35,833 nucleotides of DNA from a virus (IMGVR_UViG_3300048850_000165:1-35833); one strand, 5' to 3'. Numbered from the stretch's first letter, positions 26,421 through 34,853 are shown. Notes: generated from the letters alone by a model not told the origin. A program made the numbers and translations.

Positions 26421-27392
26421 CCTCAGCCGGACGCCACTCGCGAGGATGTGCTCAGCGCGATCGCAGAGTTCGACGGTCTCGGCCGAGAGGCGTTCCTCGC
26501 TCGCTATGGCTTTAGACCTGCTCGCGACTACTTCATCAACCACGGTGGCCGCTTCTACGACTCCAAGCCGGTGCTCGCCGCCGCGCACGGCAACCGACAC
26601 GGGACGCCGCTGGCAGCCACAGACTTCTCAGGCGGAGACGTTGGCGCCGCACGCGTGCTCCGCGGACTCGGCTTCGTGGTCACCGAACCCAGCCCGGACT
26701 GGTCCGAGGACGAGATCACGCTCGCCTGCGACCTCGTCGCGCAGAACGACTGGAAGGAACTGCGCCCCAACCGTCCGGAGGTGATCGAGCTGTCCGCACT
26801 CCTGCAGCGGCTGTCCCGTCACCCGCAGGAACTCCGCGGACCACGCTTTCGAAACGCGAATGGGGTCGCTCGGAAGACGTCCGACATCTTCACGCAGCAC
26901 CCGGAGCACACCGGCGCGCGGACCCGAGGCAACAAGCTGGACCGCAGCGTCCTTGAGCGTTTCCTCGCGGACCCCGCCGGCATGGCGCAGCGCGCCGCGG
27001 CGATCCGATCGGCCGCTGAAGCGCCGGAGACCAACGAGCCGGTCCCTGATCTCGACCTGGACGCGACCGCTGACGAGGGCCGCCTACTGGAACGCAACCA
27101 CCTTGTCCGCGAGCGCAATCCCAAGCTGCGCCAGCAGAAGATCACCGCCGTTCTCGCGGCCGGCCTCGCGATCGCGTGTGAAGTTTGCGCCTTCGACTTC
27201 GAGACGATCTACGGCGAACGCGGCCGCCAGTACATCGAAGTCCATCACCGGACCCCACTGCATGCGTCCGGTCGCCAGAGGACTCGACTGACCGACCTGG
27301 CGCTCCTCTGCAGCAACTGCCACCGGATGATCCATCGCTATTCGCCGTGGTTGACGGTTGAGGAGCTGGCGGACCAGGTCCGGTCGACGTAA
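26418..27392 (+). CDS. McrA-like (type IV) HNH restriction endonuclease
   Basis: ScoMcrA-head-like N-terminus (EFD.LG...FL..YGF, YDSK, FSGG, LGF), W..DE..LA middle domain, CEVC.FDF...YG...IEVHH..P...LLCSNCHRMIH. Confidence 0.9.
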   Translation: MPQPDATREDVLSAIAEFDGLGREAFLARYGFRPARDYFINHGGRFYDSKPVLAAAHGNRHGTPLAATDFSGGDVGAARVLRGLGFVVTEPSPDWSEDEITLACDLVAQNDWKELRPNRPEVIELSALLQRLSRHPQELRGPRFRNANGVARKTSDIFTQHPEHTGARTRGNKLDRSVLERFLADPAGMAQRAAAIRSAAEAPETNEPVPDLDLDATADEGRLLERNHLVRERNPKLRQQKITAVLAAGLAIACEVCAFDFETIYGERGRQYIEVHHRTPLHASGRQRTRLTDLALLCSNCHRMIHRYSPWLTVEELADQVRST

Positions 27393-27500
27393 TCAGCCTG
27401 GCGACGTATGCAGGTCACCTCTCAGATCGACGCGCCAACGTCCCTCGGTAAATCCACCCGGCCTCGCCGTTTCCGTGACTCAGAGTCTGTCTGCGTCCGC

Positions 27501-27785
27501 TCACACGGATGGATGGAAGGGGCGGCGCAGGCGCGACTCCAGCCGGTCGGACTTGTCTGGGTCGTTGAAAAGGTTGAGCAGGCAGTGGCTGAAATCTCCG
27601 GACCACAGCTCCCGGCCCATTCGGGTCTCCAGGCAACCAATGCACAGCAGACCCGCCCCGCCGTCCGGGCCGAACTCTTCCCAGATGTGGTTATGGACCA
27701 TGTAGTCCTCGGCGGCGGTGTCCGCGCCACAGTCGGAACACGGTCCCCGACTGAGCAGCCGCTGTCCTCGTCTGCGCCCCGTCAC
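27501..27785 (-). CDS. small Zn-binding phage protein
   Basis: CSDC...YMV...W...LCIGCLE.R.GR.L...DF; GGAGG RBS before GTG 27785. Confidence 0.75.
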   Translation of the reverse strand: MTGRRRGQRLLSRGPCSDCGADTAAEDYMVHNHIWEEFGPDGGAGLLCIGCLETRMGRELWSGDFSHCLLNLFNDPDKSDRLESRLRRPFHPSV

Positions 27786-27820
27786 GCCGCCTCCTGCTCC
27801 GCGATCGTCGACGTTCGGCC

Positions 27821-28711
27821 TCACTCTCGACTTGCGAGTCCGCCGCTGAACCACTGCACGAGGGTCACGGCGAGGGACACCGCGACCGTCGCCTCCTCCA
27901 TCGAGACGTTGCCGGGCGCCGACGGCTGTCCGCCGTGCCGGTCGTGCTGGCCATGCCAGAGCAGCCGCATCATCCCGATGATCACGTCACGGGACGACGC
28001 GTCGTCGTGCTCGCGGGTCATCGGCAGGCGCCAGTTCCCCTGGTTCTCAACGTCTCGCAGGACCGTGCCCAGCGTGGCCTTCTCGTTTCTCGGCGACACC
28101 ACCGGAATCGCCGCGTCCTCCACGGACAAGATCGCCAGCCGGTACGCCTCACTAGGGCTGGGTTCCAGGCCGTAGAGCTCCTCCCACGCCTTGGCGAGCC
28201 GCACGCCGGCCCGGCCGGAGCGCTGCATGACCGAGTCCGCGGCGAGCTGGACCCCGGCCGGAACCCGCCGGACCAGCCCCGGTCGTCCTGCCCTCCGCCC
28301 CACCTCCCAGGCGCTGCGGCTGCGGGTCAGCAGCTCGTCCAGCTCCGCCGCCGAGGCGTGCCCGCCGTGCCCGAGCAGGTAGTCGACGATCTGGAGCGGG
28401 CGCGGGTGCCTGTAGAAGGCGGAGATCGCAGACGTCAGGAGACGGTCGCCCGCGACCGTACTGACCCCAGTTGCCCTCAGCGTCTGCATCGGGATGCGGA
28501 GCGTTTGACTCATGCTCTCGGTGAGAGCGCTGTCGAGCATGGCCGCTGAACCGCTGCGGTCCGGGAACCTCCGGTACTCGGTGAGCCCGCGACGCACCCA
28601 CGCCCAGAGTGCGCTGGCCATCCACTCGGGCACGCCGTCGTGGAGAGCGTCGTACTCCGCGATCTCCTCGTCGGTCTCAACACCGAACGGCCGCCAGGTC
28701 TCCTCGGTCAC
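27821..28711 (-). CDS. abortive-infection-like protein (AbiJ/Abi_C, HEPN-like C-terminus)
   Basis: DGVP.W...LW N-terminus; P..AY..AI..VE, ATLG.V, Q.DRHG, EEA..AV..AVTLVQWF C-terminus; family call is by resemblance only. Confidence 0.6.
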   Translation of the reverse strand: MTEETWRPFGVETDEEIAEYDALHDGVPEWMASALWAWVRRGLTEYRRFPDRSGSAAMLDSALTESMSQTLRIPMQTLRATGVSTVAGDRLLTSAISAFYRHPRPLQIVDYLLGHGGHASAAELDELLTRSRSAWEVGRRAGRPGLVRRVPAGVQLAADSVMQRSGRAGVRLAKAWEELYGLEPSPSEAYRLAILSVEDAAIPVVSPRNEKATLGTVLRDVENQGNWRLPMTREHDDASSRDVIIGMMRLLWHGQHDRHGGQPSAPGNVSMEEATVAVSLAVTLVQWFSGGLASRE

Positions 28712-28739
28712 GCGGCGAGTGTGTCAAACCACACCGACA
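28712..28739 (-). promoter_or_regulatory. PafBC-type leaderless promoter
   Basis: minus strand TGTCGG(28739-34)-N10-CACACT-N6-GTG(28711). Confidence 0.7.
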
Positions 28740-28901
28740 GTTCGCCGGAACCGCAGGCGGTCGGTCCGCGTCTCGGAGCTACTCCCTAGGGAGACCGCGG
28801 CGGGTACCCAAGCCGTCCGCCCGCCGGCTGCACACATCGCTGCATCGGGCGTTGCCTCCGCCGGCCGTGCGCCCGGTGCTCCTTGCCTACTTCCCGCGGC
28901 C

Positions 28902-29822
28902 CTACGAGGACGGTGCCGGCGCGATCGTCGCGGGCGGCAGTGGCGTCGGCGTCAGTGTCGGAGCTGGGCCACCCGGCAGCTCCAGTGGCCGTCCAATCCA
29001 GTCCCAGGCGAGGCCGGACGTGAGCAGTATGGCAATCACCCAACCCATAGCCAGCGGGAACGCAAGCCAGAAGCGAGGCCCGGAGGCCAGGGGCAGGATG
29101 TGCTGGATGAGCCGGCCTCGGATCCAGGTGATTCGACCCGTTAGACGCGCATTCAAGGCGGCAGTGATGCCGGTCAAGATCGTGATGTTGTAGAGGCAAA
29201 GCAGCATGATGACGAGAACACCCAGGGCCTTGTAGGCCAGAAAGAACATGACTGACGAGTCATATCGATGGATCAGCTCCGGCACGGCCTCTAGCCAAGA
29301 ATACTGGGCTACTTCGCCTCTTAGATCACTGATCGTCTGACCCTGGTAGCGGCCAAGCGTGACACCCAGGATGCCGCACAGGCCCACGACCGCTGTGATC
29401 GCACTGAGCACCAGCCACAGGCGCACCTGAGGAATGGGGAGCCTAACTGTTCGACGGTGGGTCAACAGCGCGAATGTAGCCAGACCAACGTCAATTCCGA
29501 TCACAACGTTAACAACCCAGAAGTAGGCACTCAGGAAGGCGGCAGCGGTGATGGCGATCGCCGCCAGCGCACCGAACAGGAACAGCCAGACGTCGTCGTC
29601 GGAGTCTGGACGAGGTTTCGCGCTGGTTGGCGTTCCCTTCGGGACGACTGGAGGCGCGGGAGGAGGCGGCGCTGCGGCCTTCTCAATGAATACGTAGACG
29701 TTCCCGCCGCCGGCCCCTGCGCTCGGAGCCTCCAACCATGGCTTAACGATCAAGTACTCAATGATGAGCACAAGAACGCTGACGATCAGCGCGCCGTACG
29801 GGCCGGTCAGAATGTCCTTCAC
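28902..29822 (-). CDS. accessory multi-pass membrane protein
   Basis: about 6 hydrophobic segments, Pro-rich linker and tail, lower-GC codon usage; start uncertain (GTG 29822 or 29963). Confidence 0.75.
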   Translation of the reverse strand: MKDILTGPYGALIVSVLVLIIEYLIVKPWLEAPSAGAGGGNVYVFIEKAAAPPPPAPPVVPKGTPTSAKPRPDSDDDVWLFLFGALAAIAITAAAFLSAYFWVVNVVIGIDVGLATFALLTHRRTVRLPIPQVRLWLVLSAITAVVGLCGILGVTLGRYQGQTISDLRGEVAQYSWLEAVPELIHRYDSSVMFFLAYKALGVLVIMLLCLYNITILTGITAALNARLTGRITWIRGRLIQHILPLASGPRFWLAFPLAMGWVIAILLTSGLAWDWIGRPLELPGGPAPTLTPTPLPPATIAPAPSS

Positions 29823-29931
29823 GCGAGCTTGATACCCCGACGTCGGGACTTCCGCGCGTTTCTGATCCGGATACGGCGTGTCCCCCGCCAGAGGCCCTCC
29901 CCGGCCAGTTACCCCCAGCTCCCCTCCGCAG

Positions 29932-29980
29932 CGGCTCTCAGGGTCACTCCTGCCGCTCTTCACCCCTTCCGCGCCAGCTC
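29932..29980. repeat. direct repeat copy 1 (47/49 identical to 30812-30860)
   Basis: contains identical 39-mer GGTCACTCCTGCCGCTCTTCACCCCTTCCGCGCCAGCTC. Confidence 0.95.
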
Positions 29981-30217
29981 GACGAGGTACCGGGCGCGCC
30001 CAGTGAGATCCCGAGGCACTCGCGGATCTCGCTGACCCGCACGTCACGTCGCAGCAGCGGCCTCACCCGCGACACCTGCCGGTCCCGCTCCACCCGGTCG
30101 GCAGCCACGGCGTAGGACGCTCGGACGCCGTCACCGATCTGCCGCCGGTGCTCCTCGGTCAGCAGGCGCTTTCCAAGTCCTTCTTCGACTTCTGGCTCGG
30201 GGTGGGGGCGGGGTCAC
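29960..30217 (-). pseudogene. frameshifted small NUMOD3-like/HTH gene, copy 1
   Basis: KRLLTEEHRRQIGDGVRASY...LLRRDVRVSEIRECLGISLG / RARYLVELARKG*; 5' boundary approximate. Confidence 0.65.
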
Positions 30218-30254
30218 TTCCTGGGGACGTTCCCCGCCTCTCACGTCCGCGAGG

Positions 30255-30656
30255 TCAGTACAGGTGCCGGTCCCGGAAGGTGACCGTCAGCGTCTCGTCC
30301 GCGGCGGGAGGGGTGAACAGCACGAGCCGCTGCGGCGCGTCGCCCTTTGGCGCGTACATGATCGTCTGTTCCGGCAGGGAGAAGGCCTGCACGTCCACGG
30401 CGATCTCCCCTTCGGCGTAGCCCTTGTTCAACGGCTCGTAGCGCACGCCCCACTTCTCGTCCCCGACGGCGAACAGCGGCCAGTCCCCATCGACGAACAC
30501 GACCCACGAGCCGTCGAAGTCGTTGGTCAGGAACACCTCAACCAGCTCGTTGGGCGGCACCTGCACCACGACGTCGTCCGCGAACCCTCGCGCGTTACCC
30601 GTGTCACGGATGACGACGATCGAGCCGTCCGACTGGACTCTCGCGATCTTGCCCAT
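30255..30656 (-). CDS. accessory hypothetical beta-rich protein
   Basis: 133 aa from ATG 30656 with GAGGAG RBS; good GC3 bias. Confidence 0.7.
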   Translation of the reverse strand: MGKIARVQSDGSIVVIRDTGNARGFADDVVVQVPPNELVEVFLTNDFDGSWVVFVDGDWPLFAVGDEKWGVRYEPLNKGYAEGEIAVDVQAFSLPEQTIMYAPKGDAPQRLVLFTPPAADETLTVTFRDRHLY

Positions 30657-30811
30657 GCTCTGCTCCTCGGTGCGGAGCCACGCCAGCACCGGGAGGGCAC
30701 GCACGACCACGGCCGGTGTGGTCGTGGCGTGCGGTGGCGACTCGATCGAGCCGACGAGGAGAGCGTAGTCGGTCTCCACAGTCGACGGAGCCGAAGCCGA
30801 AGCCCCCCCCC

Positions 30812-30860
30812 CGGCTCTCCAGGTCACTCCTGCCGCTCTTCACCCCTTCCGCGCCAGCTC
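30812..30860. repeat. direct repeat copy 2
   Basis: 880 bp from copy 1, same orientation. Confidence 0.95.
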
Positions 30861-31088
30861 AGCCAGGTGCCGGCCTCACCCGCTCCCGATCTGCAGCTCC
30901 CCCCGATCTCCCCGACCGGCATGCCGTGCCGCAGCAGTGCGCCCGAACCCGGGCGACCTGCCGGTCCTGTGCCGGCGCGGGGGCGCAGGACCCTCGGACG
31001 CCGTCACCGATCCGTCGCTTCGTCTCCTCCGTCAGCAGGCGTCCGGGATCGGCGGCTGAACCGACGCCCGGTCCTCGACGGCGGTCAC
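30840..31088 (-). pseudogene. multiply frameshifted NUMOD3-like/HTH gene, copy 2
   Basis: GRLLTEETKRRIGDGVRGS...DRQVARVR / LLRHGMPVGEI / ELQIGSG*GRHLAELARKG*; GTG 31088 coupled to upstream TGA. Confidence 0.65.
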
Positions 31089-31582
31089 GCCGCGTCCTCG
31101 TTCACGGCGAGACGGACGGGACCCGACTTGTGAGCACGGACCCCTGCGAACAGCCGGGTCGTGTAGACCTCCAGCGCCTCGGCGACGTCCTCCGGGAAGG
31201 GACCGTCACGCCGGACCTTCATCGCGGTCGCCCGACTCGCCAGCCGCGCCCACATGTCGTGGGCCACGAGCGAGGCGCATCGCTCACAGGCACTCCAGTC
31301 GCCCTCCATGAGGTGGTCCTCGCCCGGCACCATCACGACGGTCACGTAGGTGCCGGTCGGCACGACGAACTGCGGGTCATCGACGCCACAGAAGTCGCAG
31401 CGACCGGTGGCCGTGACGCCTCCCAGCTCCACTAGAACGACCGGGTGGTCCTCCCGGCGGAGTGACCCGTGGACCCACACGGGCTCGGTCACGCCGCGGT
31501 CCTGGACCTTCACGAGGTACTGCCCGCAGACAGCGCAGACCTTGGGCGCTTCGGGGTCGAGTGGCTTCACGCTCAACGACAT
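31085..31582 (-). CDS. Zn-finger phage protein
   Basis: CAVC, CDFC, W.ACERC motifs; AAGGTG RBS before ATG 31582. Confidence 0.75.
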   Translation of the reverse strand: MSLSVKPLDPEAPKVCAVCGQYLVKVQDRGVTEPVWVHGSLRREDHPVVLVELGGVTATGRCDFCGVDDPQFVVPTGTYVTVVMVPGEDHLMEGDWSACERCASLVAHDMWARLASRATAMKVRRDGPFPEDVAEALEVYTTRLFAGVRAHKSGPVRLAVNEDAA

Positions 31583-31599
31583 CACCTTCTTCTGCTCGA

Positions 31600-31815
31600 C
31601 GGGACCTGGTTCCACTTTGGTTCCCTGGTTCCGCTTTTCTCCCTATTCCCTTTTCTACGAGTGAGATGGCATGTTTCGTTTAGGCCGTTTAGGCCTCATC
31701 TCTCAAGACTGATTAATAGGTGGAACCTTGGAACCAGTCAGAACCACGAGATCAGAGGGCAGTTGATCTTGGATCCACTTTGGAACTGTGGGCACTATTT
31801 GTGGAACCAGCAGGC
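31600..31815. other. putative replication origin with iterons
   Basis: TGGTTCC x3 facing (T)GGAACC x3 plus variants, around an AT-rich core, directly after the helicase gene. Confidence 0.7.
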
Positions 31816-31820
31816 TCAGC

Positions 31821-33890
31821 TCAGGCGAGGTCGACCATCCGCGTCATCGCGTAGTCGCTCTCTCGGGAGCCCGGGATCTTGATCTTGGCCCAGGTTCCAC
31901 CTCGTTCGTGCAGCATCCGGCGGGCCGAGAGCACGAAGTTGGAACCCACTTCGCCGGCCGGGTCGCCGAACCCGAGCAGGCGCGCACGCTCCTTGATGAG
32001 CTGCTCAACGCGCGCCTTCCGGACGCCGTCGCCGTTCCGGAGACCACGTGCCTCCCACTCGGTGTCGGACAGGATCGCGATCCAGGCCGATTCCTCGGTG
32101 CCGGTCTCCTCGCCGAGCAGTGCACGCACCACGGTGGCGACCGGGTCGGCGTCCGCAACGAACTGCTCACGCTGCTCCTGCATCGCCTCCGGGAGGTCGC
32201 CGAGCCCGCCCTCTCGGCCGAACGTGGCCAGCCCCGTCAGAACCCACCGCAGGATCGCGGAGCGCTCCTGAGCGGACTCCAACACCCGGATCGCCCAGTT
32301 CTCGTCCGCGCGGTCCTCCGGCTTCGCCGCCGCCCACTCCTTGGGGTTCTTGCTCTGGATCCAGAACCGGTGCTCGAACGGCACGACGTGGATGCGGGCG
32401 GCGAGCGCCGTGTCTCCGGGCGGGAACGTCGGTGGGTGGTTGCTGCTCATGAACAGCGTGGCCGAGAAGTAGTAGCGGATCGGGTTGGCGTACTTGGCGG
32501 TGCCGGACACCGACTCGCCGCCGGTCACCCGCTTCACGATCTCGGCGTCCAGCATCTCCCCGTCCGGCAACTCCGACATGATCACGAACCGCTTGCTGCG
32601 GGCCTGCGCCATGAACAGCTCGCCGGCTCCCGAGCGCTGGCCGTTGCGAGTGAGGGCCTGTGACGACACCACCAGCGAGTAGGGCGCGAACACGCCGCGC
32701 TCGCCGGCGATGCACTCCTGGAGGGTCGACTTCGCGGTATCGCCAGGTCCGTACTGCCAGACCATCGACTTGCCGGCTACTCCGGGCGTTCCGAGGAGGG
32801 CCGCTCCGTAGCGCTTCTGGAGGTACGCCCGCACGTCCGGGTTCGGCAGGATCTTGGCGACCCCGCGCTCCCACTCCGACTCCCCCGCGTTGCGCAGCTG
32901 GTCCCGCCATGCCATGTCCAGGGCGCTGGTCATGTACATGAGCGGCGAGAACGGCTGCAGGTTCACCTCGCCGGTCGCCTTCACGTCCTCCAGGTCCACC
33001 ACGCCGTCCTGGAGGACGAGCCAGCGGGTGAAGGAGTCCCACTTGTCCTCGGACACCGCCAGGCGAGCCCGGAGGTCGCTGCGCATGACCCGGAACTTGC
33101 CCCCGAAGATCGCGTCCACCAGGGCCTTGGCCTCGGTCAGGGGAGTGATCAGCTGGGCGCGCTGACGGAGCGCGTCCTGGTACGCGTCCTTGACCTGCTG
33201 CGGCTCGTTGTTCCCGGGCTTCGGCGGCGCCGGCGTGAGCACGTCCGCCACGCCCCGCATGAAATCCACGGCCCGGTTGAGCGCCATGGTGAAGCGGTCC
33301 ACCATCGCGTCCACCTGGTCCAGGACCGTCACGCCGTGGCTGCCGAACCACTCCCCCTCCTGCACCCACACACCCCGGGAGGGGTCGTAGAGGCGAAACG
33401 GCTTGCCCTTGATCGAGTCCACCGACCGGGCGATGTGACCCACCGCGGCAGCGAGGTGGTCGAGCGCCCGCTTCTCGGTGCGCGGGATGCGGTTGATGAA
33501 GTTCCTCACCTGCTCACTGGGCATCTGGTCCCCGAGCAGCTCTTCCAGGAACCGACCCGCGGCGAACGGGTCCTTGAACACCGGCCGCGTCTCCCAGCGA
33601 CGAGCTGCCTCGGCCAGGCCGGTGTTCCACCACACGGCGACGTCCCAGTCGATCTCGTCGACCGCGTCCACGAGCATCGCGTCGACCATGTGGTTGAGGT
33701 GGACATCGTCGACGTCGGGTGTCTTGTCCGCCCACGAGAACACGTCACGGGGCCACCGCCGACCGGCCTGCGCGGCGTGCAGGTCGTAGTACTCCGACTC
33801 CCGAGCGTCCGGCGGGGGCGGCGGCACCAGGTAGGGCATAGCCGGGGTCTCGTTGCTGTCGGGCATCGCGTTGGTCTCCAGGGCGGTCAC
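31821..33890 (-). CDS. D5/P4-family primase-helicase-type protein (SF3 helicase)
   Basis: Walker A-like GPGDTAKST, Walker B FVIMSE, K..TGG, LFMSSNH.P, RI.VVPF; GTG 33890 with GAGGAGG RBS. Confidence 0.9.
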   Translation of the reverse strand: MTALETNAMPDSNETPAMPYLVPPPPPDARESEYYDLHAAQAGRRWPRDVFSWADKTPDVDDVHLNHMVDAMLVDAVDEIDWDVAVWWNTGLAEAARRWETRPVFKDPFAAGRFLEELLGDQMPSEQVRNFINRIPRTEKRALDHLAAAVGHIARSVDSIKGKPFRLYDPSRGVWVQEGEWFGSHGVTVLDQVDAMVDRFTMALNRAVDFMRGVADVLTPAPPKPGNNEPQQVKDAYQDALRQRAQLITPLTEAKALVDAIFGGKFRVMRSDLRARLAVSEDKWDSFTRWLVLQDGVVDLEDVKATGEVNLQPFSPLMYMTSALDMAWRDQLRNAGESEWERGVAKILPNPDVRAYLQKRYGAALLGTPGVAGKSMVWQYGPGDTAKSTLQECIAGERGVFAPYSLVVSSQALTRNGQRSGAGELFMAQARSKRFVIMSELPDGEMLDAEIVKRVTGGESVSGTAKYANPIRYYFSATLFMSSNHPPTFPPGDTALAARIHVVPFEHRFWIQSKNPKEWAAAKPEDRADENWAIRVLESAQERSAILRWVLTGLATFGREGGLGDLPEAMQEQREQFVADADPVATVVRALLGEETGTEESAWIAILSDTEWEARGLRNGDGVRKARVEQLIKERARLLGFGDPAGEVGSNFVLSARRMLHERGGTWAKIKIPGSRESDYAMTRMVDLA

Positions 33891-34267
33891 GCCGCCTCCT
33901 CGTTCGGACGGGTAACGGGCGGGAAGAGGTCGTCCAGGAGGTCCTTCTTGACCGGGCGGGGGATGTGGGCCTCGGCCCACTCCCGGGTCATGAGGACTCC
34001 GGCGATCCACCACGCCTCCGAGCGGTCCGGGCGGCGGTACTCGCGCTCGATGACCTCGTCCGTTCGGATCGCGCCGAAGTCGAACAGCGCGAGCGAGATC
34101 ACGAGGTCCACGTCCTCCCAGGCGACGCGGTACGCGCGTCCGGGGCGCCCGGGCGCGTGCGGCAGACCCAGCGGGTTCAGGTGCTGGCGCTCACAGGTGT
34201 CCGGGTATCGGATCATCGCGGCGTACAGGTCCAGCCGCTCGATGGAGGGCAGGTCGTCGTCGGTCAC
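33887..34267 (-). CDS. hypothetical early phage protein
   Basis: 126 aa, GTGA-coupled at both ends. Confidence 0.7.
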   Translation of the reverse strand: MTDDDLPSIERLDLYAAMIRYPDTCERQHLNPLGLPHAPGRPGRAYRVAWEDVDLVISLALFDFGAIRTDEVIEREYRRPDRSEAWWIAGVLMTREWAEAHIPRPVKKDLLDDLFPPVTRPNEEAA

Positions 34268-34476
34268 GCCGCACGCTCCAGCCGGACGTGGCCGAACCGC
34301 TCCAGCAGGCCGGCGACGATCTCGCCGACGTGCTGGCGCTCCATCCGCCACACCCCGCTGCCGACGTACACGGGCATCCCCGCCGAGGCGGGCAGCAGGT
34401 CCGCCGGGTGCCCGGAGCCGTCCGGGAGCTCGAACTCGACGTAGCCCCGCAGCTCCGAGGTCTGGACGACGATCAC
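34264..34476 (-). CDS. hypothetical early phage protein
   Basis: 70 aa, GTGA-coupled. Confidence 0.65.
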   Translation of the reverse strand: MIVVQTSELRGYVEFELPDGSGHPADLLPASAGMPVYVGSGVWRMERQHVGEIVAGLLERFGHVRLERAA

Positions 34477-34598
34477 CGGGTCATCCCCACGCGGCCAGCG
34501 AGCGCGATCGCCGTCGCGGCGAAGGCGATCAGCGGCATGAGCGTCCAGCCGGCCATGAGCCCGAGGACGCCTGCGATGACGAGCAGGAGGCCGGTCAC
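34473..34598 (-). CDS. 41-aa hydrophobic peptide (below ORF-track cutoff)
   Basis: VTGLLLVIAGVLGLMAGWTLMPLIAFAATAIALAGRVGMTR; GTGA overlaps at both ends. Confidence 0.65.
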   Translation of the reverse strand: MTGLLLVIAGVLGLMAGWTLMPLIAFAATAIALAGRVGMTR

Positions 34599-34795
34599 AG
34601 CGACTCGCCCTTGCGGGGAGCCGGGATGGCCTGGCCCTGGATGAGGCGCTGCACCGACTCAGCCGTGACGCGGACGGACTTCGCGGTGACCTGGACGCCG
34701 TCCAGGCGACCGTCCGCGACCATGCGCCGGACGGTCAGGAGGGAGACCGAGAGCAGCTCGGCGGTCTCCTTGTACGAGTAGAGGAGAGGTGTCAC
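34595..34795 (-). CDS. xis: excisionase-family HTH DNA-binding protein
   Basis: LYSYKETAELLSVS..TVRRMV.DG.L.......VRV....V (HTH_17/MerR-like). Confidence 0.85.
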   Translation of the reverse strand: MTPLLYSYKETAELLSVSLLTVRRMVADGRLDGVQVTAKSVRVTAESVQRLIQGQAIPAPRKGESL

Positions 34796-34853
34796 GGGAG
34801 ACTCCAGGTGCAGGCGGGAAACGACTGGTCTTCCACCGGAGCCCTAGTCGCCA

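Noticed and set aside
26355-26600. N-terminal extension of the TIR ORF
   Set aside because: Overlaps the HNH gene; TIR domain begins at KVFISWS with a leaderless promoter
29932-30860. Repeat pair as CRISPR, DGR TR/VR or IS ends
   Set aside because: Two copies 880 bp apart, differences not adenine-specific, no cas, reverse transcriptase or transposase
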